From: Octopus vulgaris
Taxonomy: Eukaryota
Direction: 5' to 3'
NCBI GenBank assembly: GCA_951406725.2
Contig: OX597821.1
Location: forward strand, 116,188,001-116,252,000
DNA: 64,000 nucleotides
Part shown: positions 63,906-64,000 of the stretch, piece after piece
Layout: each line of letters starts with the position of its first letter
How positions within the stretch are numbered: the stretch's first letter is position 1
Position numbers and translations under genes: made by a program
The notes under the pieces: generated by a model
What the model saw: the letters and a program-made list of their open reading frames with translations, nothing else
The model's database searches: none
What the model was told of the DNA's origin: nothing

Positions 63906-64000
63906 AACTAGCAGTATCGCCCGGCGTTGCTCGGGTTTGTTTCGACCCTTTAGAATTGGAATTTTTGAAAAGTAAATATTTTGCATTATATAGCTTGTTA
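63906..64000 (+). mobile_element. Helitron/Helentron-like terminus
   Basis: ACTAG followed by a CCCGGCGTTGCTCGGG hairpin; truncated by the window edge. Confidence 0.55.

Overview
AT-rich, repeat-saturated animal genomic DNA. The SINE families and microsatellite load suggest Octopus (coleoid cephalopod); this is an inference. Most of the window is intronic. On the minus strand I could assemble seven phase-compatible GT-AG coding exons (50948 to 13388). They encode a single-MRH-domain type I membrane protein (cation-dependent mannose-6-phosphate receptor/ATG27-like) ending in a YNEI sorting motif; the signal-peptide exon(s) are uncertain. The rest is transposon debris: several tRNA-derived SINE families, RTE, CR1 and R4/Dong LINE fragments, Penelope-like (PLE) RT and GIY-YIG remnants, mariner, piggyBac and pogo remnants and MITEs, a rearranged Gypsy element with a TSD, and Helitron-like ends. 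The most striking unexplained signal is about 15 hammerhead-ribozyme-like motifs from several families. These include a tRNA-headed, hammerhead-bearing SINE present at three loci with Penelope-style inverted ends (one has a 12-bp TSD) and a 545-nt retrozyme-like unit with a full type I hammerhead. A possible A-to-I editing-dependent (or recently mutated) splice acceptor determines whether the receptor keeps its conserved Arg. All coordinates were read by eye; repeat boundaries are approximate.
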